This document shows, in pieces, positions 15,747-29,265 of a stretch of 64,000 nucleotides of DNA. Source of the stretch: Chrysomallon squamiferum (Eukaryota > Animalia > Mollusca); contig CM022670.1 in NCBI GenBank assembly GCA_012295275.1, positions 40,858,001 to 40,922,000 of the forward strand, in the 5' to 3' direction. The notes under the pieces are model-generated. The model was not told where the DNA came from, did not search any database, and was given only the letters and a program-made list of their open reading frames with translations. The stretch's first letter is position 1. The number at the start of each line of letters is the position of its first letter. Both the position numbers and the translations under genes were made by a program.

Positions 15747-16210
15747 CTCAATATGTATCCATATCTGCTTTTTGGGGGGCAACAGCAGGATTAGGTACAG
15801 CTAGTAATGATGGTTATAGCAACTGTGGCAGTAGCAGTAGTAATCGTCGTAGTAGGTGTTAGTAACAGCAGCAGTGAGGGACTTGTTTCTTATTACTTGT
15901 TTTAGTAAGATAATTTTGAAGGTTTATTGCTTTTGGTACGTTTTCTATTTAAGACAGTTAACACACACGTACATTTTTTTGTTTTTTTGTTTCAGTGTGT
16001 CTTCAGATCATGACAATGATCGTATACGGGGTCAAGGTCAGTGACTACTTCCGTAAGGTGGAAATCCGATATTTCACGTATCAGTTGAAGGAGTCGCTGA
16101 TGATCTCATGGTCGTTTGCTTTCGCTATCGTGTCAACCCTGCTGGCAACTGCTTCCGGCGTCTGCACGTTTCTGGAGCTACGCAACATTACACTGGAGGA
16201 TTTGGTCTGA
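8262..16210 (+). CDS. Claudin/PMP22/EMP-superfamily tetraspan membrane protein, join(8262..8451,12935..13084,15996..16210), 184 aa
   Basis: Three exons splice in phase (1,1) with GT-AG boundaries into 555 nt. Four hydrophobic segments, first-loop W...GIWEFC...C (claudin W-GLW-C-C signature), SWSF before TM4, C-terminus EDLV. In-frame stops upstream of ATG 8262. Confidence 0.85.
12935..13084 (+). CDS. Claudin-like gene, coding exon 2 (TM2, start of TM3)
   Basis: TTTCAG|AC acceptor, G|GTAAGT donor; [27 protein letters not shown]...LCLLGFCV. Confidence 0.85.
15996..16210 (+). CDS. Claudin-like gene, last coding exon (TM3 end, TM4, tail)
   Basis: Poly-T tract + TTTCAG|TG acceptor; [12 protein letters not shown]...[20 protein letters not shown]...EDLV*. 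Confidence 0.85.
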
Positions 16211-16306
16211 CAGGCGAGATTCCGTCAGCTTTCTCTTTCACCTATCAACCTGCTGACCCAGTTAATTGTTTGTTTGTTTTTAATTTTTGAAGAGATCGTG
16301 TTCGCA

Positions 16307-16349
<43 letters not shown>

Positions 16350-16476
16350 TCAGTTTATTTATACGTCTTTCCTATTTATTTATATTTATTTATAACATTA
16401 TTATTATTATTATTTTACTTACTTAATTAATCAATTAATTTTTATTATTTATTTATTTTTTTATGATTATGTTTTA

Positions 16477-16508
<32 letters not shown>

Positions 16509-18146
16509 CATCAACATTTTTCAACAAGATACTATTCTATGGATGAAATTTTGAAAAACTCCTGTGTGCGGCCTTTAATAAAACTGTCGTTATGGAGACA
16601 AATATTTTCAAAATACGAACCTGATACAAATCAGAAATATACTTTGTCTTAAAATTCAGTAACATTGCAGGACTAAGAGGACAAAGTGCTGCAAAACCAT
16701 GAAAAACTTTTTTTTACAAGAACAAACACTGCCAGAATACGAGAAACATATTGCGAAACTGCGACAACTTATTGCTAGACTATTTTGTGATATACGAAAT
16801 TAAATATATTTTGGAGATGAAGAATTTCGCTCTGAGTATTTAAAAATACAGAGTAATGTTGACATAGTATATGTATGTATCTATCTATACTGAATATGGA
16901 TACTGTAGCGATATGATCATGTGCAAAAAAACATTAAAAAAAGAGATATCAATAAATTGCGCATTTTCGGAGGTTCAAATACTTTATGACTGAAAAGGAT
17001 CCATTGGACGCAGAAACTTCGTACCTGTAATAGTTTGGATACATCATTCGTGAATGAATACTGCCTGTTATAAATATTAATGTTCAGATAGCTGGAAAAT
17101 TAATCTTTGAATTATACAAATTTCAAATCATTACGATTCTGCATGACTGAGACGCATACATTAGACAAAATCATGACGTAATAAAAATAAATCTGAAGTA
17201 TTCTTAGATTCAGTGGTTAAGGTATACGTTTAGGATTTATTTGTCATACATATTTTTATCAACGTTATCAATCGGGAACATAATACGACATAATATAACA
17301 AAAGCAGATCCGACGTTTTCAGATTCATTTATTTTGGAACAAGATAATTAATTTAACTTTGGTATGTACATTTTAGCGTCAGCAAGATCTACCACCAACC
17401 GTGAAATGCTAAGCTAAAAAACACGTATTAAACAATGTGATGTATCGCTATATGGATGAAAAATAGTAAAATGATGTCATAACAAAAACAGAACTGATGT
17501 CGTCTGAAACAGAAAGACAAAAGGAACAACATTACTGCCTATTATCACACACAAGTGTTAGTTAAGTGGACTGATACACTGCAGAGTGGAAAAAACACGT
17601 GAAAAGTAAAATATATACAAGAAAAATACTTTCAGCATTTTTATCACACTGTGGACATGTACATTTTTATACTGTAGATGTATTCTAATTTTATGATTTA
17701 TGCATGAATCGATCATACTGCTCTGAGTTTTGGAATGTATATTTTCCTAACTTTCGATACTTTTAAACAGATGTAGAGTGTATGAGTTACATTTACAAAA
17801 CGTGTTGTAGTTAGTATGGCGTCTGTTTGTGAATTTGTTGGATTAAAATTCAGTTTTAAAAAGACATTTGTGAGTCCCTCTGTTGCGTGTACTTTAAAAA
17901 TACTTCTTATAAACATGTTTCACTCACGTATGCAAATGAGAAACAAACGTTTTTGTTATATTTATTTATTATTAATTAATTTATTTGTTTATTTATTTAA
18001 TTTTTATTTCAGTTTTTTCTTTTGGGTGTTCATAAAAATGTTATTATCATTAAAAATACAGAAATTTGCAATTGTTATCGAAATGACTGTTACGTTATAT
18101 CCCAAAACATTAGTCTAGTAATGTTTATTAGGTGTGTTATATGTTT

Positions 18147-18194
<48 letters not shown>

Positions 18195-20335
18195 TTATTA
18201 TTATTATTATTTTATGTGTTCATTAATGTGAGTTCATTTTACTATGCTTAGTACTTGTTATGTATTAACAACCAATACATTTTTACATGCTTCTTCTTAC
18301 TGACAGGATTATCCCAGGATAACTAATAAACCTTGGAGCATTAGTTAGAATGGGTTAATATCACAATGGGTACAATCAGGAGTAATAATAAAAGTGTGTG
18401 TGTGTGTGTGTGTGTGTGAGTAATACTCCGTCAGAAGAACAAGTCAACAAGACATTCAGTAAAATTTTGTATTTACCATCTTACATTCACACTTACAGAA
18501 CTTGTTTTGTTTTTGTTTATACTAGTTCAATATAATACAATATAATGACAACAAATGTCAATCCTTTTAAAACCAATTACTTTTTCACTAAAATTATTTC
18601 TTATCTTGCTCATTATACATATTTTAAACATAATTTGAAAACATTACTGCAATTTTAATATGACACATAAATATATTATACTTCTTTTATACAGAGCTAT
18701 TGTATCTTTAATGCCATTTCTAAATACAATATGATACACAAAAGGTTGCTGCTGTACACCATTGTACTTTTAATAATTGTACCCAAACCTTAAACATTTA
18801 GAACACAAGCAGAAATTTAAATTGTAAAATATGTTAATAATGCTGGTCAAAATTGTAGGACATTAAAATTTGCAAAATGTCTGATGACAACTCTCTCCAC
18901 TGATATTTTTTTTGAGGTAATTTCAAGATTTTAAAATATTAAAAGTGGAATAATGATAACAGAGAAGAAGATGAAGAAGATGAAGAAGAGAAAGAAGAAG
19001 AAAAGAATGAGAATAGAAAAACCAACAGTTAAGGTTTTTAAGAACTTCAGAATGCATATAAAATTATAAAATAAAAATAACATATGAAACAAATAATAAT
19101 AATAATAATAATAATAATTTTAAAATATATATATTTATTATATATATATATATAAATAAATAAAAAGAAACTTCATGCCAACTTGACTGAGAAAAACTAA
19201 CAAGCCACACTTTTCTCCATCAATCAACAAAAATTTTAAAAAAATATTTCCTTTTTTAAATATATAATTATTATTACAGAGATATGAACAAGTAAATAAC
19301 AAAGTAGTGCTATTCTCACAAACCAAAGTTACAGTTTTATTTAAACTTCAGGTTTTCCTAATCTTAATAACTTTGCCCATTTGAACTCAACAGCATTATA
19401 TCTAGTCAATTTCTAATATATTGTAGCCTAATGACATCTTAAAATGATAATCTGTATCCAATTCCAACAACTTAATGGGAATAATGCAAATAAATTATAC
19501 CTTTGGTTATCAGTTGCTGTAAATGTAGGATATGAATTATATTTTTAGTTGAATGCACGATTTATAGGTTTTTTTCATTTCTTGTCATTCAGTTTAATTG
19601 AATTGAGGAAGAGTAAAATGGTAGTATTGTCAGTTAAACATTTTAAGAAGTCAGTATTTACAATATTCATATTTCTGCACTGTCACAAATCCTTAGCCAA
19701 TAGTATATATATTTATATATATATATATATATACTCATGGAATTGTCTACACAGTCCTATGGAGATCCACAGTTTTTTTTTTTTTCTCCTTAGGATTTTT
19801 TTTTTTATACTAATTAATGAAACAAAATGTTAACATTAAAATTACTATACAAAATGCTGTTCAGACATTTGACTTTATTTTCTTCTTCTTTTTTTAAATG
19901 TTATCTTCTGAAGAGTATGGATTGTCGGTGTATCTATGTATACATAATTATACACATGTACATATGAACAATAATTACAAAATTAAACAATTTACCTTGA
20001 TCCTACTTTGATCTGACAGTGTTTCAAAGAGAACAGGTAACACAACAAAACAAAACAAAATTATGCAGCATACAACAAACCAATTTATTTTTACATGATT
20101 CATATTAAATAGTATATTTAAACTAAGTAAGAAAATGGATATCAGTTTTCTCCTGATTCTTTTTTGATTTCTAGAAATATGTAATACATGTTATAAAATG
20201 ACAACATATAAAATAAAATACTCAAATCTTTTTTATATATAACTTTACATCAGAGTTACATACATTTTTGAAAAAAAACCCATAAAATTAGTGAATACCC
20301 ACAAAGATTAATGATTAAAAAAATGCTTTACATAT

Positions 20336-20375
<40 letters not shown>

Positions 20376-20588
20376 ACAAAATTAAGATACAATTTATTTT
20401 TCCTGATTTCAAATTTTTCAGAAGACATCAAAAATGAAAATCAACAGCAATGAAAACATGGTAACTTATTAATATGGTTAACAATGTTAATTATAAAATG
20501 TACACCCTTGAAAAAACCCGCAAAAGAGGAGAGAACTTGAAAAAAAAACCAAATCCAAAATGATGAGGTATCAGAAGAAACAAAATGG

Positions 20589-20698
20589 CTACGATCCTCT
20601 CTTTTCTTGCAGGTACTGAGTCAGCAGCTGGGAGGGAACCTCAAAATATTCTCTCTTATTTTCTATCTGGGTTCTGCGTTCCCCACAATCATCATAAC
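20589..20698 (-). CDS. R3HDM4: R3HDM4 last coding exon
   Basis: TTGCAG|GT; YDDCGERRTQIENKREYFEVPSQLLTQYLQEKRGS*. Confidence 0.88.
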
Positions 20699-23600
20699 CT
20701 GCAACGAGAAATAGAAAATTAAAAAATAAAACCATTTCAGTTATAATGTCTTATATATACTAGTGTGTGTGTCTGATTGTGTGAATGTTTACATGTTTGT
20801 TTGTTTGTCTGTATGTGTGTGTGTGGATAAACATATCAAATATGTATAAACACAAACACATATATCACAGGAAAGAAAAAGACAAAGATTAAATACAACA
20901 TACAAAGAAAAAGCCATAATCTATAATCTACATGAGATTAAGTAGATGATTAACAGATGGAAGGAATATTTGAATATTTTGTAGTCTACATAATTTCTTG
21001 TTACAAGGTGACTAGTGTATGCTTGAGAAGACGTTGGCTGTCACTGTACTGTGAATTATTTGACTCATTAAATGTAGACTTTGTTTTCAATAATCAGTGT
21101 GTACAAAAAAAAAAAAAAAATTGTAAATAGTAAAATTATCAGACATTACGAAATATAAAAGAAAAGGTTTTGGAAACTGTAATGAATATTAATGAAGTGT
21201 AAATAAAAAAGTCTTTGAAATTATTAGGAATATTAATGAAATATAAATGAAAAAGTCTAGGAAATTATAATGAATATTAATGAAGATTTTATAAAACAAA
21301 ATTATAAATGGCATTTGAAATGAAACATTATTATTTTTACCTGTTTGATTATGTTTTATTTAATAACTATTTTTTAAATTTAATTATATTTATTAACACA
21401 CTTCAAGTGATGTATATATTATAATATTTATACAGAACATCAACTGCAAATGTTATCAAGGGAAATAACTCTGATAAGCATTAAGAGGACCACACAGTAT
21501 AAAACAACAAGCTAAAACTCAGTGACTTACTGTGGGAATGCAGACCAAGGTATTGACACAGGGCGTGCATTATCATCCTCTCAAATCCACTTGTAAGCCT
21601 GGACACATACACCGAGTTTGGCCATTCCTTGAAGAACGATACAATGTCATCTTCCAAAGCAGCAAGAAGACCCTAAATAATTGCAAAATAAATATTGTAA
21701 GTCAAAACAAATATCTGATTAACATCAAGCCTTTGAAGCATACAGACAGTGATTTGATTAAGTGTGAAATATGGTTTCTAATTTTTAATAATTTACTAGA
21801 TAATAAATTCTGATTAACATTATAAAATATATCAAGCCTTTCAAGAATAGAGACAGTGATTTGATTAAATGTGAAATAGGGTTTCTAGTTTTGAATAATT
21901 TACTAGAAAAGAAACTCACCATTGGCATATGTTTTCTCTTGAACATAAGTCTTAGGTGTCGGTCGATGCGATTGTAACATGCTTGAGCTGAATAACCTGG
22001 ATGACCTGAAACAGTAAAGTTATAGTTGCAGCAATGATGTTCTTCAGCATAGGTTCATATTACAGAAAGAACAACAAAAAACATTTGTGCCATAAATATT
22101 TGTGTGTGAATAAGATCTGTAACATGTTTGTATTTCTTTACTAGTTTACACACACACATTCTGTTCTGGTAAGAAAACAAAGACCACTGTGTGTTTTGAG
22201 GTTGCAGCATACTGACAAAATAGTAACAAAAAGAAAATGACAATCAGATGAATGTTCATCATTCTTTAATAATGGAAGTAAAATATTAACTAGGTATATA
22301 AAAGTTTTTTTTAAAAAAGTCAAATGACAAGATAAATACTTTTAGCTATGGTGTATAGTAACAGAAATGATAAAAAGAATTCAGTAAAATATTAATTTAT
22401 TATAGATAAAAATAATTTGGTTTCATTTTGTTTAACAATGAAAGGACTATACTGAACTTTATACATATACATCTTACACTATATTACCAGAAACACATTT
22501 ATATAAATACTTTTCTTTAGTGACACTATAAAAAACTGTATACCAAAAATAAAATATTATTGTTGAACACAAATACATAAATGTCCATCTGTACAAGCCA
22601 GCCAATCCAAAATCATCAAAATACTTTCAATTAAAAAAACAAGTTGTTAGTAAAACAGTGAAAGGGAAATAAAAAAAGAGGTGCATATGATTATTTTGTT
22701 AGAGTCACTATTGTGCAGAATTAATTTGTTTACCAGTTGTCTTCATTTCAGAGAGCATTTTGTTGTTTATTCTCATTTTTGTAATTTGTATGAATATCAA
22801 CCAGGTGGGTAACTCTTTATTTAATACAACAATTATCTGAGCTTTTCTATAAATATTATATATTGTATTATATATTGTATGTATATGGGAAGTAACAGCA
22901 CTGAAAAAGAAAACAAAATGTTGATACTGGAACCTCTGATACAAATGATAACAAGGTGTGTGAGAAACTTTGTTTAAGAGCATGCAATAGTAAACATTCA
23001 GGGATTTGAACAAAACACATTGTGACCCGTCATCAAATCACTCTGAATAATATATACCTCAGTGAGTAGTATCTGTCAGTACAAGAATTACTACAATGGG
23101 AGGATTTTGTCCAGGAACAGCTGAGAACAGAAAAAACAAAGGCAAACTTTTCGTCTCTTTCATATTTTTTTCCTTAAGTTTTTGACATAAATTTGCTTCT
23201 CAGTAATTTTATTTAGATGTGAAAAAATGCATCACTTGTATCTTTAATTAAAAATTTATGAAAATAAACTCAACACTTTTGAAAGTGTTGTTAAACATTA
23301 GTTTTAATTCATTAAACCCACAGATAGCTTGCTGGTATCCACCAGAACTAGAGAACTGAACATCTCTCAAGCAGTACTGGTATATTTTAAACTCTCTTTT
23401 TCTCCTCTGTAATATTCTAGCAGATCAGTAAAGTGTTACTCAGTAAACTGATCTGATTATATGAAAGAAACCCGCTGACTGTGTCTATCAGGGCTGTGTC
23501 AGAACAGTGATAAGCTAAGTTTGCCTTTGCTTTGACAATTACACAGCTGATGGGGGTAAACACACCAGCCCGTTTATCTGGAATCTCCTCCCAAGTATCA

Positions 23601-25948
23601 TTGTCATCATCAACACTGTTGTTGTCAGTTGCTGTGCACGATGCTGAGTGTACGTGTCCTGCAGTTTCCAAGATGTGATTCTGTTCTTCTTCAGAGGAGT
23701 TGATGAAGTCGTTCCAAATCTGAAACAGAAAATTAATTATCAATCTGTTTTACTGTGTGTTTAATTCCACAATCTTCTCACTGTTTCACTCAGAAAATAG
23801 AGTAGGATTATTTGCATAATATCAATATATATCTAAAAAAAAAAAACAGAAAAGGAAGAATGAAATAAATTTAAGCTGGCAGAAAGTGTTATTTTTTCGA
23901 GACTTAAAAACATGTTCTAGATAAGAACGAAATTAAATATAAATCAAATGAACCTTTAGAGGTTTTTGAAATAGAATTCATACATTTATATTATTGAACA
24001 ACAATCAATCTTTTAAATACATTTACATTAAATTTCACCATTGTAATTACATTGTTATGTAACTGGGTTAACTTTGATGTACATAACATAAGAATCATAA
24101 ACTGAAGTACAAAAGAAAATTTATGTTTATTTATACAGTTTGTACAATGTATTTTAAAATTCCATGTAGTCGTAATGAACCAAAGGCAACCCTCATGTGA
24201 TATATGTCCAAAACAAACCAAAAAACGTTATTCAGTGTATTGTGCATAGTTTGTGAAAAACACAATTTTCTGCAATTAGAGATGCAATTTTGTTCATAGC
24301 AGTATAACAGTCATTGGACATTGTGTGGAAACATTTAGGTTTACAGAAAAATGCAAGTAAAATGCCAAGATTGTCAGCAGCACAAAGAGAGCATTGATAT
24401 GGCACAGATTGGGGATTCGAGCAGTCATATTGCTTGAACCTTTGGCTGCTCAAAGCAAACCATAAATAAACTCTGTATACAATTTAACCAGACACATGAT
24501 TGACCCAGAAGTGGAAGACCAAGTGTGACCACCCCACGAGATAACAAGTACCTGCGTGTTCTCCACTTACATCACAGGTTCATCACAGTCACGTCATCAG
24601 CATCAACAGCATCAGCAAATGATGAGGCGACTGCATGCTGCTGGTATCTGGGCCTAAAGACCATTTCGTGGGATGTCCTTGACCTGTCAACATCATTTGA
24701 ATCGTCTATGCTCAGCAAGGACAGTACGTCGCTGGCAACATCTAACTGGGTACGAGTGCTCTTCACTGACGAAAGCCAGTTCAACATGTTTCGTGCAGAT
24801 GACAGAGTGAGAATATACAGACATGGAGGTGAACGACTGACTCCACAGTGCATTCAACAAGTCCATCCCTGTGGTGGTGGTGGTATCATGGTTTGGATCA
24901 GAAAACCTGTCTAGTCACCATCCAGGGAAATCTGACAGCTCAGCTATATACTGAGCAAGTTTTGCAACCAGTTCTCCTTCCTTTCTTATGTCCAGGGTTC
25001 ATATTGCATCAAGACAACGCCAGACTGCATACTGCCAGAATCACCATGGACTTCTTTAACCACAATAACTTTCATGTATTGCTGTGGCCAGCATGCTCCC
25101 CTGACTTATCTGCCACTGAACATCTCTGGGGCCAACTGGGAAGACAACTGAGACGTCAACCACATCAACCACATCAACCAGCCAATGTGCAGGAGCTGGA
25201 ACAGGCTCCACAAGAAGAGTGAACATGGATCACAAATAACATCATCCAACAGCTGAAGTTTTCAATGAGGAGGCGAGTACTGGCTTGCATCAATGCCAGT
25301 GGAGGTCATACAAGATATTGAGTATGTTCCATTCACTACTGTGATAAACTGTCAACTTCAAGAGACAGTATCCTGATTTACATTTGCTTATGGAATTTTC
25401 CATTCATAACCAGCACGTGTTTGAACAAATTTCACGCTGTTAATTAATGTTGCTGAAGATTGTTTGTGATGACACATTCCTGGGTGACATAGTGAATATC
25501 AATACACATTTTACAGAGCGTGCAAATGTTTTGTTGTTTTTGACTTATATGAGTTATTCTGGGTGGAAACTTTCTTTTGTACTTCAGTTTATATCACAGC
25601 ATCTTTTATCTTTGTACTTATACATTTGTTTGAATGTACAGGCAGGCTAAAAGTAACACACATGCACACCTTCATCTTTTCTCTTTCCATGAAAAGTCCT
25701 GCAAATGCTGACATCCGTGGCTCAAACACAGTTGACATTTCCAACTCCTCTAACTCATCTACTTCCACCAAAGTCATAAGATGATGCACTGAAATTAAAT
25801 TAATGGAGTCTTCAGTACTCAGTAATTAACTGCAGTTGTTGGGGGTTGTTTTTTTAGGAAATGTTCAAGTGAAAATCACATTAATTTTGATAATAATTCT
25901 GATACATCACCAAGTACAGTGAAGTAAGACTGAGAAATAAAAGTGTGT

Positions 25949-25983
<35 letters not shown>

Positions 25984-27040
25984 TTCATATAATAAAAGAA
26001 TTACTTGAAAATACTGAGAAACAATGTTTCAGTTAGAAAGTAAAAATATTTTTAAGCCTGTATTCAGTGAATTTGAGCTCCAAACCAAGACTAGTTTACA
26101 TTTTTCTGATTGAGTTTTTAAAAATGTACAGACTTGAAACTAACCTCTTGTGCAACTACTGGTGACTGTTACATACTGTTTTAACATTGAAATTATTCAC
26201 ATATTTAAAAAGGTACTGTAAAAAGGGTGAATGAATATCGTTCACTTATTATATTATTCTAAACTCTACATTTACATGAAGCTGAAAGAGTTAATAAGTG
26301 CACATTCTTTATTATTAAGATTTAATGTTCTACAACAGTACAAAATAAACAATAACAACAACAAAAGTAATTAATGACTCACAGTTTTCAGTTCTTCTTC
26401 TCTGCTTTGCTCCACATCTCTTTCTGAGGTTAACTTGAGGTTCTCGGTTCAGCAGCAGACCTTTAGGTCTTGTACGCCCTCTGCCAGAACTTCTTTGTAT
26501 AAGCTGTACATTGGCATTGTCATCAGATTCTTCATCAGCTGAACACTGCAGAGGGCTATGAGGGAAAACATAAAGTAAACAAATAAATATATAAATAAAA
26601 ATAAATATATACTTAAATAAAATTCTGATCTTTTCAAAACAATAAGAACTAACTGGTTAATATTATTATTACATTTTATATGGTTATACTTATAGCTTTC
26701 TAAGCTTATATATAATTCAAGTTACCACTACAATACTTCAAAATTATGAAAACTAACAAAGTTTAAACATTTAAACACATCGGCATAATGAATTTTCAAA
26801 ATTGTTAGTCTGCTTGACAAAAACAAATTACTATATTTTTCTATATTATCATATAAAATGATTGTTTTTATCGAAATTTTCAAATTAGGACATCACGATT
26901 CTCGAAATCAATTTACTCAAATTACTGGCTGCCGACTACCATTGCTTCCATATTGATTAATGCTTAAAATATACCCACTCAAAATCATCGCTGACATATC
27001 CTTGAACAAAAATGTCTTTTGCGTCCTTTGTTACACCCAT
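20589..27040 (-). CDS. R3HDM4: R3H domain-containing protein 4, complement(join(20589..20698,21531..21672,21920..22005,23566..23719,25670..25788,26383..26555,26979..27040)), 281 aa
   Basis: Seven exons splice in phase with GT-AG boundaries into 846 nt. R3H-associated N-terminal motifs (GAKQRRRTENLHHLMTL; SAFAGLF; IWNDFINSSEEEQ; SAQACYNRIDRHLR) and R3H core SGFERMIMHALCQYLGL (R-x3-H). Confidence 0.9.
21531..21672 (-). CDS. R3HDM4: R3HDM4 exon 6 (R3H core)
   Basis: TTTAG|GGT; GLLAALEDDIVSFFKEWPNSVYVSRLTSGFERMIMHALCQYLGLHSH; donor A|GTAAGT. Confidence 0.9.
21724..21907. repeat. 107-bp-period direct duplication in R3HDM4 intron 5
   Basis: ATCAAGCCTTT...GACAGTGATTTGATTAA...AATAATTTACTAGA at 21724 and 21831. 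Confidence 0.85.
21920..22005 (-). CDS. R3HDM4: R3HDM4 exon 5
   Basis: TTTCAG|GT; HPGYSAQACYNRIDRHLRLMFKRKHMPM; donor ATG|GTGAGT. Confidence 0.88.
23566..23719 (-). CDS. R3HDM4: R3HDM4 exon 4
   Basis: TTTCAG|ATT; IWNDFINSSEEEQNHILE...EEIPDKRA; donor G|GTGTGT. Confidence 0.88.
24100..25589 (+). mobile_element. Tc1/mariner DNA transposon (Tc1, DD34E), decayed copy with both ends, in R3HDM4 intron 3
   Basis: Perfect 19-bp terminal inverted repeats AACTGAAGTACAAAAGAAA (24100-24118) and TTTCTTTTGTACTTCAGTT (25571-25589), flanked by TA at 24098-99 and 25590-91; internal transposase remnant. Confidence 0.9.
24362..25321 (+). pseudogene. Tc1-family transposase pseudogene
   Basis: MPRLSAAQRE start; RSGRP-like linker; W.RVLFTDESQF; FILHQDNARLH; WPACSPDLSATEHLW (34 residues between the second D and E); GGHTRY* end. 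Several frameshifts, deletions and an in-frame TGA at 25220-22. Confidence 0.9.
25670..25788 (-). CDS. R3HDM4: R3HDM4 exon 3
   Basis: TTTCAG|TG; HHLMTLVEVDELEELEMSTVFEPRMSAFAGLFMEREKMK; donor AAG|GTGTGC. Confidence 0.88.
26383..26555 (-). CDS. R3HDM4: R3HDM4 exon 2
   Basis: Acceptor CATAG|C; PLQCSADEESDD...RKRCGAKQRRRTEN; donor T|GTGAGT. Confidence 0.85.
26979..27040 (-). CDS. R3HDM4: R3HDM4 exon 1
   Basis: ATG at 27040; MGVTKDAKDIFVQGYVSDDF; donor GA|GTGGGT (alternative TGG|GTATAT at 26975). Confidence 0.7.
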
Positions 27041-27410
27041 AATGATTCTCGGTTTCTTCAAGAGTGCAATAAATAAACAAAAACAAAACAAGAACTGTCA
27101 CTTTCACTGCCCTTGATTTCACCCACTGTTGTAATCAATCGGAATACTTCGTTATTTTCCGCTTGTTACTGTCAGAAACGAGAATAATATAAATGTTAAA
27201 CTTTGTTTTGGCGAAACGAAATGAACCTTTCGTAATGTTAATACTTAGGGGAGTGCGTAGGTTATAACTGTAAATAAACGTAATAGAAAAATACATTTAA
27301 AACTAATTTAAATGTAATCCTTAAACAAAGATTTATTTCTGAATAATATGTATCTGTTTTTAAAAAAAAAGTATATTCATCATTAGCATCGTCTTCTTCC
27401 TTTTCTTTTT

Positions 27411-27441
<31 letters not shown>

Positions 27442-27471
27442 TTTACTAAATATTGTAATAATAAATTTTCA

Positions 27472-27523
<52 letters not shown>

Positions 27524-27662
27524 GTAAAACATCAGCGACATATCTGTCTTTCTCTCCAGTCTTTGGTTTTCAATTATGAGTTATTTCCCTTACATCAATC
27601 ATTTTATTATTTCGTTTCGCATCTAAATAAAATTAGCTTCTTTCTCTCTTTATTGTTATTGA

Positions 27663-27708
<46 letters not shown>

Positions 27709-29202
27709 ATTATTATTATCATCATCATCATCATCATCATTATTATTATTACTGAATCCCAATTCCTTCGGAATAGGATTTAAATAATTATTATTTCCGA
27801 AATCAATATACACAATATACCAGCTCATTATTCATACTGAGTCAAAGTATTTCCTTTTCTAATTTCCGATAATAACTAACCCACTTTATTTTGAAAATTT
27901 TGTTTAAGGAAAGGTTATTCTAGCAAGTTTTATAAGTAATTATATAGACTAGTTTATTCTTATCTTAAAGGGATGGGCTTCTGTTCTACAGTGAGTTTTC
28001 ACAGGATCAAATACCCACAGTATCTTTATTGACTCACTAACAGTTCCAGCCGATGTCTCTATTTTATTAGATGATGATGACGATGATAATGATAATAACT
28101 AAGTTGTTTCTTCTTCGTCTTCTAATTCTTTTTTTTTTTTTGATAGATAAATTGCAAGTTGAAACCTCTTCAGTGTTATTATTTGTTCAGCTAATACTCA
28201 GTCTCGATTTCTTTACGTACATACATATAGACAGACATACATACATACATACATACAGACAGACAGACAGATTGATAGACTGATAGAAGATAGACAGACA
28301 GATATACTGATAGATAGATAATTATATCTGTATGTATGTCAAATTATTTATATATTTCAGCATCTGAATGGTGTTTTCTCCTTATTATAATAACTTGGCT
28401 TTGACAAAAACAGTTTCATAGATTAATTTTTGCTAAAGAGAGACGAAACCCCCCCAAAAAAAAAAAAACCGACAATATTCCAAAAACATTAGTTCATTTA
28501 GTAAATTTTCCACCCATACGTGTGACAGCTGTTAACCATTATTAATAAAACTGGTTTAACAGGTCTTTAAAGAACCGCATTCATTACGAAATCGTTATAT
28601 ATAACATTATTTTATCTATAATCTATCTGTCTGTACCTATCTTTCTGTCAGTATTTGTCTGTCTGTCTGCCTATATATCTGTTTTTCTATCTTACTGTTT
28701 TCAGCGACATTCTTTTTCTTTGTAATTATAGTGTGGCTCAAAACACAAATGTTGTCATAGTGACTGCATTGTTTTCACTGGTAAATTTTCTTTCCTTTTT
28801 CTTTCCTTTTTCTTTTCATAATTTTATTTTCTATTTTTTATTTTTTTATTTTTAATATTCCATTCCTTCTTTTCTTTTTCTTATTCGGTATTATACAGTT
28901 AATTTTTTTTTTTTTTTTTTTTTTTTCTTCATATATATGCGAACGTTTTCCAAAATCTGTCTTGTAAATCCTGAATGGCAATCAGAAATTGTTTCTGACC
29001 TGTGAACAAAGACAAATTAATAAATAAAATAATAATATTGACCAAAACTGTCTGTGGATTTCAGAGATAAAAAAAAAAATGACTCATTGTCGTGACGTAG
29101 GAAAGGATGTTCTGTAGACAGATGATTGGATGAACAGATGGATGATCTATATGTCAATAATAAAAAAAAAGTTTATTATTTTTTCTTGTATTCAGTGATC
29201 AG

Positions 29203-29204
29203 TG

Positions 29205-29265
<61 letters not shown>

